Positions 54,249-63,988 of a stretch of DNA of 64,000 bases are shown piece by piece; position 1 is the first letter of the stretch; each line of letters begins with the position of its first letter. Under the pieces are notes generated by a model. It was not told the DNA's origin. It saw only the letters and a list, made by a program, of their open reading frames with translations, and ran no database searches. Source of the stretch: an uncultured Clostridia bacterium (GTDB lineage Bacteria; Bacillota; Clostridia; Christensenellales; Borkfalkiaceae). Location of the stretch: the NCBI GenBank assembly GCA_947588985.1, contig CANQBG010000004.1, positions 1,667 to 65,666 on the forward strand, read 5' to 3'. A program made the translations under genes and the position numbers.

Positions 54249-55724
54249 TTATGCCCGCTTGCCCGCGGCGATGTATTCCGCGAGAAGATCGCGCGCGTAG
54301 AATTCCTCCTGCAGGCGGGCGATCTCCGTGATGTTGTTCGATGAATATGTGGATGTGTAGCTGTCCACGATGATGTAATACGTCGCGTTGTCGGAGACGG
54401 CGGAGGTGGAAATCGTGGAGTAGCAGTGATAGTTGTCCCGATCGGACAGGAACCTCTTCCGAAGGTCGCTGCCCTTGATGGAGCCGAGCACGAGTTGATT
54501 ATCGAAGGGGAGGATGGAAAAGACGTCGGCATAGGTGACGTTTCCCTTCGCGAGCGAATAGGGGCTGCGCGTCTTGAGATACCCGCCGCCGAGCACGATG
54601 GAATATTCCTCCCCCCACACTTCCGTGCCCTTCTCATAGTAGAGCCGGGCCACCTGCTCCGCGATCGCATTGGAGCTCCACGAGGAGGAATTCTTGCCGA
54701 GCACCGTCTTATAGGGGTCGCTGTCGGGGAAGTACTTGCTATAGATCTCCTCCACGGAGGCGTCGGACCAATAGTTCTCCGAATAATCGGAGGCGGAAAC
54801 GATCCGCGGCGTCACTTCGTATTGCTTCGTATCGAAGTGGTAGACGACGTCCGCACAGCTCACGCCGCTGTTTTCCCCGCCGCCCTGCAAGTGGTAGACG
54901 CCGTATTCATCCTGCAAAATGTAGGCCTTGTGGGAATGCGCCTCAAACACGAGATCGACGGCGCCGTCGGAGAGGGCCGTGTCGTAGTAAGGGATATCCG
55001 CGTTGCTCACTTGTGTGACCTTGGAGGAAGAATAGCTGTCGCCGCCCTCATGGATGGAGTAGACGATGAACCCGCACCCCTCTTCGCTCCTCAGGCGCGC
55101 GGACTCCGCCTCGACGAGCGCGGTGAGTTCGTCGCCCGTCGCAAAGCGCAGACCCTTCTTAAAGTCGCCCGAGATGGAGCCGAGGCAGTCCCCGATGGCG
55201 CCGATGATGCCGATCTTGAGGCCGTCCCGCTCCACCACCGTGGAGGGCTGACAATAGCTGACGGGCTGCCCGTCTTGCGTGACGTTGATGGCGAGGAAGG
55301 GAAACTCCGCAAGCTCGCTGTTGGGCCCGAGCACGTCTGCGCCCCAATCGTATTCGTGGTTGCCGAGCGTCATGGAGACGAACCCGACTTCGTTCATCCA
55401 CTCCGTCATGAGCTTGCCCTTGGTCGTGGACGACTCCACCGTGCCCTGCCACATGTCTCCCGACGAGAGCAGAACTTCCTCGCGCGAGGGGTCGTCGTAG
55501 AGCCGCTTCATATACGCCGTAAACTCATCCACGCCGGGCTGCCCCGCCGTGTCGATGAATTTGCCGTGCAAGTCGTTGACGGCATAGAAGGTGAGCCGCG
55601 CGCTCCCTGCGGGATCGGGCGGGACGGGGTTGGGGGTTTGGGGCTTTTGGCAGGCGCAGAGGGCCGCAAGGCCAAAGGTCGCCGCAAGAAGCGCCGCAAC
55701 TACTCTATGCAAATGTTTTTTCAT
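54249..55724 (-). CDS. lipoprotein metallophosphatase / 5'-nucleotidase
   Basis: Lipobox LAALCAC-Q. NDLHG, GDMWQG and GNHEYDWG are calcineurin-like motifs. A C-terminal 5'-nucleotidase domain follows. Confidence 0.88.
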   Translation of the reverse strand: MKKHLHRVVAALLAATFGLAALCACQKPQTPNPVPPDPAGSARLTFYAVNDLHGKFIDTAGQPGVDEFTAYMKRLYDDPSREEVLLSSGDMWQGTVESSTTKGKLMTEWMNEVGFVSMTLGNHEYDWGADVLGPNSELAEFPFLAINVTQDGQPVSYCQPSTVVERDGLKIGIIGAIGDCLGSISGDFKKGLRFATGDELTALVEAESARLRSEEGCGFIVYSIHEGGDSYSSSKVTQVSNADIPYYDTALSDGAVDLVFEAHSHKAYILQDEYGVYHLQGGGENSGVSCADVVYHFDTKQYEVTPRIVSASDYSENYWSDASVEEIYSKYFPDSDPYKTVLGKNSSSWSSNAIAEQVARLYYEKGTEVWGEEYSIVLGGGYLKTRSPYSLAKGNVTYADVFSILPFDNQLVLGSIKGSDLRKRFLSDRDNYHCYSTISTSAVSDNATYYIIVDSYTSTYSSNNITEIARLQEEFYARDLLAEYIAAGKRA

Positions 55725-55776
55725 ACAAATTGAAAGTTTTTCGGGCGAAACTCAAAAGCCGAAAGGGCTTTGAAAT

Positions 55777-56181
55777 TCAGGAAAGATCCTTCTCGGTGAA
55801 GGAAAACGGCAGGAGCATGTCTAAGGGGTAGGCTTCGAAATGCGCCGAATTGCCGAGGAGGACCCGGAAATCTTTTCCGCAAAATTCCGCCATAACCTGC
55901 CTGCAAACGCCGCAGGGGGCGCAGAAGGGAGCCGTCTCCCCCTCCTTGCCGCCGACGATGGCGATGGCCGAAAATTCCCGCTCGCCCTCGCTCACGGCCT
56001 TGAAGATCGCCGTGCGTTCGGCACAGACGGTGGCGGGATAGGCCGCGTTTTCGATGTTGCAGCCCGTGTAGAGTTTTCCGCTCTTTGTGAGGAGCGCCGC
56101 CCCCACGCGAAAGTGGGAATAGGGCGAATACGACTGTTCCCGCGCGCCTTCCGCGGCGGCCATCAACTGTGCGTCTGTCAT
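55777..56181 (-). CDS. cdd: cytidine deaminase
   Basis: 134 aa. CAERTAI and PCGVCRQ zinc-binding motifs. Confidence 0.93.
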   Translation of the reverse strand: MTDAQLMAAAEGAREQSYSPYSHFRVGAALLTKSGKLYTGCNIENAAYPATVCAERTAIFKAVSEGEREFSAIAIVGGKEGETAPFCAPCGVCRQVMAEFCGKDFRVLLGNSAHFEAYPLDMLLPFSFTEKDLS

Positions 56182-57341
56182 TGCAAAACTTCCTTCAAAA
56201 AGCTCTCGCCGCTCGTATCTTTCTGCGGCACGCCGAAATAGTCGAGGACGGTCGCGCCGATATCCGAAAAGCTCGCGCGCGTGCCCAAATTCACCCCGCC
56301 CTTGATCTTGTTGCCATAGATGAGCATGGGCGTGTATTCGCGGGAATGGTCGGTGGAAGGCGTGGAGGGATCGCAGCCGTGGTCGGCCGTGATGAGGAGC
56401 ACGTCGTCCTCCCGCATCCCCGTGAGAAAGCCCGTGAGGAATTCATCGAACTCGGTGGCCGCGGCGGCATAGCCCGCGACGTCGTTGCGGTGGCCGTATT
56501 TCATGTCGAAATCCACGAGGTTGACAAAGCAGAGCCCGTTGAAATCGCGCGATTGCAGCTCCTGCGTCACCTGCATGCCGTGGGTGTTGGACGTCGTCCG
56601 ATGGCTCTCGGTGATGCCGCAGCCCGCAAAGATATCGAAGATCTTGCCGACGGAGACGGTATCATAGCCCGCCGCTTTCAAGAGGTCGAGCACGGTATCC
56701 GCGGGGGGCGTGAGGGAGAAATCGTGGCGATTGGCCGTGCGCGTGAAGGGGTAGTCCCCCGTGAAGGGACGCGCGATGACCCGGCCCACGTTGTGCGGTG
56801 CGGTGAGCATCTCGCGCGCGATCTCGCAGTCGCGGTAGAGCTCATCGAGGGGTACCATGTCCTCATGTGCGGCGATCTGAAAGACGCTGTCCGCCGACGT
56901 GTAGACGATGAGCGCGCCCGTTTCGAGGTGCTCGCGGCCGTAATCCTTGATGACTTCCGTGCCCGAATAGGGCAGGTTGCAGATGACTTTTCTCCCCGTG
57001 CGCTTCTCGAATTCCGCAAGAAGATCGGCAGGGAATCCATGGGGGTAGGTCGGGAGCGGGTCGGGCGAGACGATGCCGGCGATCTCCCAATGGCCGATCG
57101 TGGTATCCTTCCCCGCGGAACGCTCCGTCATGCGCGCGTAGCTCGCGATGGGCGACGCAACGCCGCCGCCCACACCCTCGATGTTGAAGAGCCCCATCCG
57201 GGTGAGATTGGGACAGGAAAAATTGGGATGATTGCGGATGGCGCCCAAGGTGTTGCTGCCTTCGTCGTGCCAGCGGCCGGCGTCGGGAAGTTCCCCCACG
57301 CCGAAACTATCGAGTACGATCAGAAAAAATCTCTTTGCCAC
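56178..57341 (-). CDS. deoB: phosphopentomutase
   Basis: ORF 56178..57368 trimmed to GTG (VAKRFFLIVLDSFGVGELPDA) with GGGAGG 5 nt upstream. Typical DeoB N-terminus and DHGCDP motif. Confidence 0.9.
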   Translation of the reverse strand: MAKRFFLIVLDSFGVGELPDAGRWHDEGSNTLGAIRNHPNFSCPNLTRMGLFNIEGVGGGVASPIASYARMTERSAGKDTTIGHWEIAGIVSPDPLPTYPHGFPADLLAEFEKRTGRKVICNLPYSGTEVIKDYGREHLETGALIVYTSADSVFQIAAHEDMVPLDELYRDCEIAREMLTAPHNVGRVIARPFTGDYPFTRTANRHDFSLTPPADTVLDLLKAAGYDTVSVGKIFDIFAGCGITESHRTTSNTHGMQVTQELQSRDFNGLCFVNLVDFDMKYGHRNDVAGYAAAATEFDEFLTGFLTGMREDDVLLITADHGCDPSTPSTDHSREYTPMLIYGNKIKGGVNLGTRASFSDIGATVLDYFGVPQKDTSGESFLKEVLQ

Positions 57342-57360
57342 GGTTGCCTCCCGGATTGCT

Positions 57361-58080
57361 TTACGCAAGCTCCAATGCGATCTTCATCATGGCCGTGAAG
57401 GAATTCTGGCGCTCCTCGGCCGTCGTGTTTTCCTCGGGATGGAGGAAGCTATCGCTCACGGTGCAGATGCAGAGCGCATGCTTGCCCGCGCGGGCGGCGT
57501 TGGCGTAGAGCGCCGCGCTCTCCATTTCCACCCCCAAAACGCCCATCTTGGCCCACTGCATGCCGCTCTGTGCGTCGTCGTAGAACATGTCCGAAGAGAA
57601 GATGTTGCCCACCTTGAAGCGGAGGCCCGCCTCTTCGCAGAGTTCCGCCGCACGGCGAAGGAGGCCGAAGTCGGCAATGGGACAGAAGGTGCCGGGCAGC
57701 CCATATTGCTGCATGTAGTTGCCGTTGGTGCACGCGCCTTGCGCCAAGATGAGGTCGCGCACGTGCAGGTCCTCATCGAAACTTCCGCACGAGCCGACGC
57801 GGATGATGTTCTCCACGCCATAGAAATTAAAGAGCTCGTAGGAGTAGATGCCGATGGAGGGCTGCCCCATGCCCGAGGCCATGACGGAGACGCGCTTGCC
57901 CTTATACGTTCCCGTGTAGCCGTTGACGCCGCGCACGTTGTTGACGAGGACGGGCGAGGAGAGGAAGTTCTCCGCGATGAATTTGGCGCGAAGGGGATCG
58001 CCGGGCATCAAAACGGTCTCGGCAAAGTCGCCGTAGGCGGCCGAGATGTGCGGCGTGGGGATATTCTTGTGTTCGCTCAT
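57361..58080 (-). CDS. deoD: purine nucleoside phosphorylase, DeoD-type
   Basis: Trimmed to [12 protein letters not shown] (GGAGG RBS). [14 protein letters not shown] and [10 protein letters not shown]. Confidence 0.92.
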   Translation of the reverse strand: MSEHKNIPTPHISAAYGDFAETVLMPGDPLRAKFIAENFLSSPVLVNNVRGVNGYTGTYKGKRVSVMASGMGQPSIGIYSYELFNFYGVENIIRVGSCGSFDEDLHVRDLILAQGACTNGNYMQQYGLPGTFCPIADFGLLRRAAELCEEAGLRFKVGNIFSSDMFYDDAQSGMQWAKMGVLGVEMESAALYANAARAGKHALCICTVSDSFLHPEENTTAEERQNSFTAMMKIALELA

Positions 58081-58736
58081 AACAGGTGTTCCTCCTTGAC
58101 GATCTTCACGATCCGGGAAGTGCCCAAGCGGTCGGCGCCGAGCGCGACGAAGTCCTCTGCGTCCTTCACGGAGGAGATGCCCCCCGCCGCCTTGATCTTC
58201 ACGTCCTTCCCGACGTATTGTTTGAACAGTGCGACGTCCTCCCGCGTGGCGCCCGCCTTGGAGAAGCCCGTCGACGTCTTGATGAAGTCGGCCTTCGCCG
58301 CGGTGACGATCTCGCACATCTTGATCTTCTCTTCCTCCGTGAGAAGGCAGGTCTCGATGATGACCTTCAGGATCTTGCCCCCGCACGCCGCCTTGACGGC
58401 GACGATCTCATCGAGGATCTTTTCATAGTTCCTGGCCTTGAGGTCTCCGAGATTGATGACCATGTCGATCTCGTCGGCCCCCGCCGCGACGGCGTCCTTC
58501 GTCTCGAATACCTTCACGGCCGTGGAGCTATAGCCGTTGGGGAAGCCGATGACGGTGCAGATGGCGACGTTCCCCGCCGCATACTGCTTGGCCTGTCCCA
58601 CAAAGCAGGGCGGAATGCAGACGGAAGCCGTGCCGTAGCGGACGCCGTCGTCGATCAAGGCGCGGATGTCCTCCCACGTCGCCGTGACGGCGAGCTGCGT
58701 GTGATCGCATCTCTTCAAAATTTCCCGAATATCCAT
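58077..58736 (-). CDS. deoC: deoxyribose-phosphate aldolase
   Basis: 219 aa. [17 protein letters not shown] (Schiff-base Lys context) and IKAAGGI. Confidence 0.92.
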   Translation of the reverse strand: MDIREILKRCDHTQLAVTATWEDIRALIDDGVRYGTASVCIPPCFVGQAKQYAAGNVAICTVIGFPNGYSSTAVKVFETKDAVAAGADEIDMVINLGDLKARNYEKILDEIVAVKAACGGKILKVIIETCLLTEEEKIKMCEIVTAAKADFIKTSTGFSKAGATREDVALFKQYVGKDVKIKAAGGISSVKDAEDFVALGADRLGTSRIVKIVKEEHLL

Positions 58737-58902
58737 ATTTCCCTCCTGAAGGGGGGAAGTCCCCCTCTCTATGATGTTCTTGCTTGTAGTTTCATTATAA
58801 ACGAAAATCCGTCCGTTGTCAATGGAAATCTTCTTTTTTTTGCGGCCGCCCGCGGTTTTTGGAGAAAATTTTCACCGCGCAGCATGATGGCCGCCCGGAA
58901 GT

Positions 58903-59259
58903 TTATCGGCCCTCGCTCACCTTTTGCAACTTCGTCCCGCAGATGGTGCAGAAGTACTCCCGGCGCGGAGCGCCGAGTCCGCTATCGAATTTCGTCTCCT
59001 TGCAGACGGGGCAATAGAGCTTGACGCGGTAGGGCGGCCCATAGAGGAGCATGCTGGTGTAATCCAAATCGACGGCTTCCAACTCCTTCCATTCGAGCGC
59101 GCGCCCGCAGTATCCGCAGTAGTTATCTTTCTGGCCGAAATATTCCCGGCAGGACGGGCAAAACTTTTGCTTCAATAAATCTTCCATCTGTTTCAAACGC
59201 TCCTCTATTTCTTGCAATTTCTTCAATTCTTCCAATTCATCCGATTGGTCCGGTTTCAT
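58903..59259 (-). CDS. coiled-coil + double zinc-ribbon protein
   Basis: 118 aa with a GGAGG RBS. Four CxxC pairs (CPSC, CGYC, CPVC, CTIC). Confidence 0.6.
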   Translation of the reverse strand: MKPDQSDELEELKKLQEIEERLKQMEDLLKQKFCPSCREYFGQKDNYCGYCGRALEWKELEAVDLDYTSMLLYGPPYRVKLYCPVCKETKFDSGLGAPRREYFCTICGTKLQKVSEGR

Positions 59260-59286
59260 AAGATTCCTCCTGATTTTTTTTATTTT

Positions 59287-60369
59287 TTACGTTTCTGCGG
59301 TTTCTCCGGTCTCGCCCCAACATTTCATGCAGTAGAGCGGCCGATTGGCGTCGAAATCCCATGTGTGGGCGGAATCGCCCGCGCACGCGACGCGGGATTC
59401 ACAGGCCAAGCACTGCGCGCACAAGTCGCTGCGGTCATGCCGGAAGGGCGCAAAGCGGGTGTTCCACGCCTCGGCAAAGTCGTCGCGCTTGACGTTGCCC
59501 TGCACGAGATCGGGGCGGCGCCGGATATCGAGACAGGCGTAGTAATCGCCGTTGGATAGCACGCTCGCGACCGTGATCCCCGCCCCGCACAGGAAATTTC
59601 CGTCGCGGACGTCGCGATCGTGTGCGGCAAGGAAATGCGAACAGCCGTATGTGATCTGCATGCGCCCCTCCTCCGCCTTCTTGCGCACGATGTAGTCGAA
59701 GAGCGCCTCGAGTTCCTCCTTTTTTAAGAGCATGTCGGAATCCCGCGCGCGGCCGATGGGCTCCACGTTGGTGATCCGCCAAAAATCCACCCCGAGCGCC
59801 GAGACGATCTCATAGACGCGGTCGAGCCGATCCAGATTGCCCCGGTGAACGACCGTCGTTACCATCGTGGCGGCGTCGGGGCAGAATTTCACCAAATTTT
59901 TGATGCCCGCGATGCACCGATCAAAGGCATGGGTGGCCCCGCGCATGTCGTTGTGCGCCTCGGCGTCGCCGTCGAGACTGACGGCGATCGACGTAAGACG
60001 GCACTCTTGGAGGGCCTTTGCGGCCTCTTCGTCGATCAAAGTCCCGTTGGTGGTGATCCCCCAATCAAACTCCATCTCCTTGAGCCGCCGGGCGATCGCG
60101 AAAAATTCGGGGTGCAGGAAGGGTTCCCCGCCGCTCAGGCAGATGAGGGGGCGCGGCGAGAAATTTTCCACGCTCCGAAGGACTTTGAACACGTCCTCCT
60201 TGCAAAGGACCTCGCTCTCCGCGGGGGAACAGTTGCTCCCGCAGTGTTTGCAGGCAAGATTGCATCGCGATGTGAGCTCGAAAAAGAGCATTTTGAGCCG
60301 CGGACTGCGATGCAGGGCATGCCTGTATTGCGCCCGCCGCGCGTCGAGCGCGCTCGGATCGTACTTCAT
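59287..60369 (-). CDS. radical SAM / SPASM-domain protein
   Basis: CNLACKHC (CxxxCxxC). C-terminal Cys cluster CGAG...YACLD...CAQCLACESRVAC, typical of SPASM. Confidence 0.85.
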   Translation of the reverse strand: MKYDPSALDARRAQYRHALHRSPRLKMLFFELTSRCNLACKHCGSNCSPAESEVLCKEDVFKVLRSVENFSPRPLICLSGGEPFLHPEFFAIARRLKEMEFDWGITTNGTLIDEEAAKALQECRLTSIAVSLDGDAEAHNDMRGATHAFDRCIAGIKNLVKFCPDAATMVTTVVHRGNLDRLDRVYEIVSALGVDFWRITNVEPIGRARDSDMLLKKEELEALFDYIVRKKAEEGRMQITYGCSHFLAAHDRDVRDGNFLCGAGITVASVLSNGDYYACLDIRRRPDLVQGNVKRDDFAEAWNTRFAPFRHDRSDLCAQCLACESRVACAGDSAHTWDFDANRPLYCMKCWGETGETAET

Positions 60370-60393
60370 AGGCTCCTCCTTATCTTCATACGG

Positions 60394-61707
60394 TCATAAG
60401 ACGCGCAAGACGCACGCCGAAAAGGGCGCAAGGGCGATCTCCCCGAGCGCGATTCTCTTTCCCGAGAGCAGGTCCTCCCCCATCCCCTCCCCGGCGCGCA
60501 CGACGCATGCGTGCTCCGCGATGTTGAGGGCGATGAGAAGTTTCTCCTCCCCGCATTCGCGGAAGAAGGAAAAATCGGTGCTTGCAAGCGTCGCTTTTTT
60601 GTAGCTTCCGTAGGCGAGCGCCTTGGAATTTTTTCGGATCGCCGCGAGCTTTCGGATGTGAGCGGGAAGCGTTTCGCAGGTACCATGTCCGAGGTCATCC
60701 ACGCACGGACGCAATTTGTAGTCCAAATCCGACTTATCTCCGAGCACCCCTTTCTCCGAGCCGTAGTAGACGCAGGGGATGCCCGGCATGGTGAAGAGGA
60801 GAGTGTAGAGATTGTGGAGATTTTTGGGCTCCTTGAGGGCGGTGGCAGCGCGCTCGACATCGTGATTATCCACAAAGGAGAAGAGATTTTTACGGGGACA
60901 GAGCGCCCACGGGAGGTCGGCAAAGAGGCGGTTGATCGAGTATTCGATCTCGAAGAGGTTGCGGCTGTTGAAGGCCGAGAGCATGCTGCGGAAACCCTCG
61001 TAGTTGGTGATGCTGTTGAGGCGGTCGGGACGGACGTTTTGCACGAAATTCTGCAGGTGAATGACCTCGCCCATGAGGAAGAATTCCGGCTTCTCCGCAT
61101 CGACGGTTTTGCGAAGCAGTTCCAAAAACCACGGGGGAAGAAGATAGGAGACGTCGAGGCGGAGGCCGTCGATATCGAACTCGCGGATCCAAAAGCGCAC
61201 GGCGTCTAAAAGATAAGTTTGGAGACTTGCGTCCTCGAGACGGAGCTTCACAAGCTCGTCATGCCCCTCCCAATCGGCGTAGGAGAGGCCGTCGCCGTAG
61301 CGGTCGTTATCGTAAAAATTGACATAAAACCAGAAGCGGCGGTCCGTCTTTTCGCGCTCCTTTAAGACCTCTTGGAAGGGCCCGAACTTGCGGCCCGTGT
61401 GATTGAACACGCCGTCGAGCACGACGCGGATCCCCGCCGCGTGCAGCTTTTGCACGAGCCGCTTGAAGTCGGCGTTGTCCCCGAGACGGCGGTCGATCGT
61501 GTAAAAATCGACGGTATCGTAGCCGTGCCGCTCGCTCTCGAAGAGGGGGTTGAAGAAGACGGCGCCGATCCCGAGCTCCTTCAGCTCTCCGATGTGCTCC
61601 TCGATCTTATTGAGGCGGTGGCGGCAGGCGCCGAAGTCGTTTTCCCGCTCCGCGCCGCAATAGCCGAGGGGATAGATCTGATAGAATACGCATTCGTCAA
61701 ACCACAT
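60394..61707 (-). CDS. GH13 alpha-amylase-family glycoside hydrolase
   Basis: Trimmed to MWFDECVFYQIYP. GH13 regions DGVFNHTG, GLRLDV, FLMGEV and FVDNHD. Confidence 0.88.
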   Translation of the reverse strand: MWFDECVFYQIYPLGYCGAERENDFGACRHRLNKIEEHIGELKELGIGAVFFNPLFESERHGYDTVDFYTIDRRLGDNADFKRLVQKLHAAGIRVVLDGVFNHTGRKFGPFQEVLKEREKTDRRFWFYVNFYDNDRYGDGLSYADWEGHDELVKLRLEDASLQTYLLDAVRFWIREFDIDGLRLDVSYLLPPWFLELLRKTVDAEKPEFFLMGEVIHLQNFVQNVRPDRLNSITNYEGFRSMLSAFNSRNLFEIEYSINRLFADLPWALCPRKNLFSFVDNHDVERAATALKEPKNLHNLYTLLFTMPGIPCVYYGSEKGVLGDKSDLDYKLRPCVDDLGHGTCETLPAHIRKLAAIRKNSKALAYGSYKKATLASTDFSFFRECGEEKLLIALNIAEHACVVRAGEGMGEDLLSGKRIALGEIALAPFSACVLRVL

Positions 61708-63988
61708 GCGCGTCCTCCGTAAAAAATCCTTCGAGCGAGGCGAGCGTGCGGACGATCTCGACGGCATTGCGCTGCAATTCCCCAAGCGTGAGCCCCTCCC
61801 GCTTTCCGAGTTCATGGAGGGGGCTCCCGTGCTGCATGCCCTTCCCCACATAGTTGCCGCCCGGCATGAGGACGTTGACCCCGGCACGGATGCGGTAAGA
61901 ATTATTTTTGATGCGTTTGAAGTGCGGGCTCTTCCCCTTCTGCATCCACCAATCGGTGACGACGCAGCCCGCGAATCCCCATTCTTCGCGTAGGACGCCG
62001 CGCACGAGCGGGAAGTGGTAGTGCGCATAGACGCCGTTGACGAGGTTATAGGAGGTCATGAGGAACTTGGGTTTCCCCTCCTTGACGGCGATCTCGAAGG
62101 CGCGCAGATAGAGCTCGCGCAAGGGCTGTTCCGCGACGCGGGAATCATTCCGATTGCGGTTGAACTCCTGATTGTTGCACGCAAAATGCTTGGGGCATGC
62201 CGCGGCCCCCATGCTCTGGACGCCGCGGATAGCCGCCGCCGCGATCTTGCCGGCAAGGAGCGGGTCCTCGGAGAAATATTCGAAGTTGCGCCCGCAGAGC
62301 GGATCCCGATGGAGGTTGAGCGCGGGGGCGAGGAGGACATGGGAGCCGAGGCGGCGCAGTTCCCCTCCGAGCAGGGCATAGACCTCTGCGACGAGGGCGG
62401 GATCGAAGGTGGCGGCAAGAAGCGTCGCACAGGGGATGAGGGCCGTGACGGCTTTGAGGCGCACGCCCGAGGGGCCGTCCGTCATCGTCACCGGGGGCAC
62501 GCCCGCCGCCCGCAACGCCTCGCTGACGCCCCCCAGCACGCCCGCATTGCCCGCGGGGCCGAGCGGGGAATCCATCTTGAAGGCGCCGCGCGAGAGATCG
62601 CACAGGGCCTCCTCGGAGAGCGTGGCGACGAACTGCTCCGCCGTACACCGCCCCGCCCGCACATCGGCAAAGGTATAATTTTCGGTCTTTTCCAGAGGCG
62701 CGGGAAGCTGCGCGAGGATCTTGCTCTTGAGATCGGCGCGGAAAATATCGGAAAATTCTTCGACGATTTTTTCTTCCGAGACATCAAACGAGGCTACCAT
62801 GTCTGAAGAGCGCACGTCGAAACCCGCAAAAATCACATATTGGCCCGCCTCGAGGAGGAAGGCGTTTTTCTCGGGGCAGCACACCGAAAAGGCGCGCGCG
62901 GGAAGATCGATCTCCCCCGTCTCCGCCTCGCCGGGAGCGAGGAGCGCCGTCTTTTGAAATCCGATGAGTTCGCGGGAAGGCGCGCCGCGCGGCTTCCCGA
63001 CATAGACCTGCACCACCGTCTTTCCCGCGACTTCGCCCGTGTTTTGCACGCGGTAAAAGAGTTTCCCCTCCGCAAAGTTTGCCGAGAGCGCAAACGTCGT
63101 GTAGGAGAGGCCGAAGCCGAAGGGATAGAGGACGGCTTGGGGCGCGCGCGTCTCGAAATGGCAATAGCCCACAAAGAGCCCCTCGGCGTAGTCGTTGAAC
63201 TTGGCTCCGCCGAAATGGGCGGAAGTGGGATAGGAGGCGTAATCCCGCGCGGCGGTATCGGGCAGTTTGCCGCAGGGAGAGACCTTTCCGAGCAAGACGT
63301 CCGCACAGGCGTTGCCCGCTTCCATGCCGCCCTGATAGAGGAGGAGCACGGCGCCGATCGCGGGGTCCTCCGTCCACGAAAGATCGGGGATCCCTCCCGT
63401 ATTGAGCACCGCGACGACGTGCGGAAAGTGCCGTTTTACGGCCGCGAGCAGCGCTTCCTCCGCCTCGGTGAGAAGATAACTTCCCCGCGCGGGCGCCATG
63501 TCGCAGTCCTCGCCCGCCGCCCTGCCGAGCACGACGACGGCCGTCTCCTCCCGCTCTGCCGCCTCGCGAAAGAGCGCTTCCGGAGGGAGAGGTTCGGGGT
63601 TGGAATGGGGCCACGCGCCCCACCCGCCGGGCTCGGCAGGATGGGCCTTGCAAAACTCCTCATAGAAAGCGGCGACCTTCGCGTCGTAAGGCGCGCTTGC
63701 GGCCTTCAGACCCTCTAAGATGCAGACATGGTATGCCTTTCTCACGTCTCCGCCCGAGCCGTACCCCGTATAGAAGGTATCGAGCTGGGTCCGCCCGAAG
63801 AGGGCGAAGGGGGCGCGAAGAGGCAGCGAGCCGTCGTTTTTGAGGAGGATCGCTCCCTCCCCCGCCGCCCGGCGAAGGGGGGTGGGATCGAAGGAAACTC
63901 CTCCGCCCTCGGCGCCGGCCGCGAGTTCCTCCTGCTTCAAACTGCTCTCCGTGAGATTGATATAGAGCGTCGCAACGAAATTTTTCAA
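61697..63988 (-). CDS. GH3 beta-glucosidase-like glycoside hydrolase, permuted domain order (5' end uncertain, may extend past the window)
   Basis: The LLKNDGSLPL sandwich-domain motif comes first, then an Fn3-like module (ELIGFQKTALLAPGE). The catalytic domain is last (GRNFEYFSEDPLLAG, VVTDWW). The annotated TTG start is only 12 nt from the window edge. Confidence 0.8.
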   Translation of the reverse strand: MKNFVATLYINLTESSLKQEELAAGAEGGGVSFDPTPLRRAAGEGAILLKNDGSLPLRAPFALFGRTQLDTFYTGYGSGGDVRKAYHVCILEGLKAASAPYDAKVAAFYEEFCKAHPAEPGGWGAWPHSNPEPLPPEALFREAAEREETAVVVLGRAAGEDCDMAPARGSYLLTEAEEALLAAVKRHFPHVVAVLNTGGIPDLSWTEDPAIGAVLLLYQGGMEAGNACADVLLGKVSPCGKLPDTAARDYASYPTSAHFGGAKFNDYAEGLFVGYCHFETRAPQAVLYPFGFGLSYTTFALSANFAEGKLFYRVQNTGEVAGKTVVQVYVGKPRGAPSRELIGFQKTALLAPGEAETGEIDLPARAFSVCCPEKNAFLLEAGQYVIFAGFDVRSSDMVASFDVSEEKIVEEFSDIFRADLKSKILAQLPAPLEKTENYTFADVRAGRCTAEQFVATLSEEALCDLSRGAFKMDSPLGPAGNAGVLGGVSEALRAAGVPPVTMTDGPSGVRLKAVTALIPCATLLAATFDPALVAEVYALLGGELRRLGSHVLLAPALNLHRDPLCGRNFEYFSEDPLLAGKIAAAAIRGVQSMGAAACPKHFACNNQEFNRNRNDSRVAEQPLRELYLRAFEIAVKEGKPKFLMTSYNLVNGVYAHYHFPLVRGVLREEWGFAGCVVTDWWMQKGKSPHFKRIKNNSYRIRAGVNVLMPGGNYVGKGMQHGSPLHELGKREGLTLGELQRNAVEIVRTLASLEGFFTEDAHVV

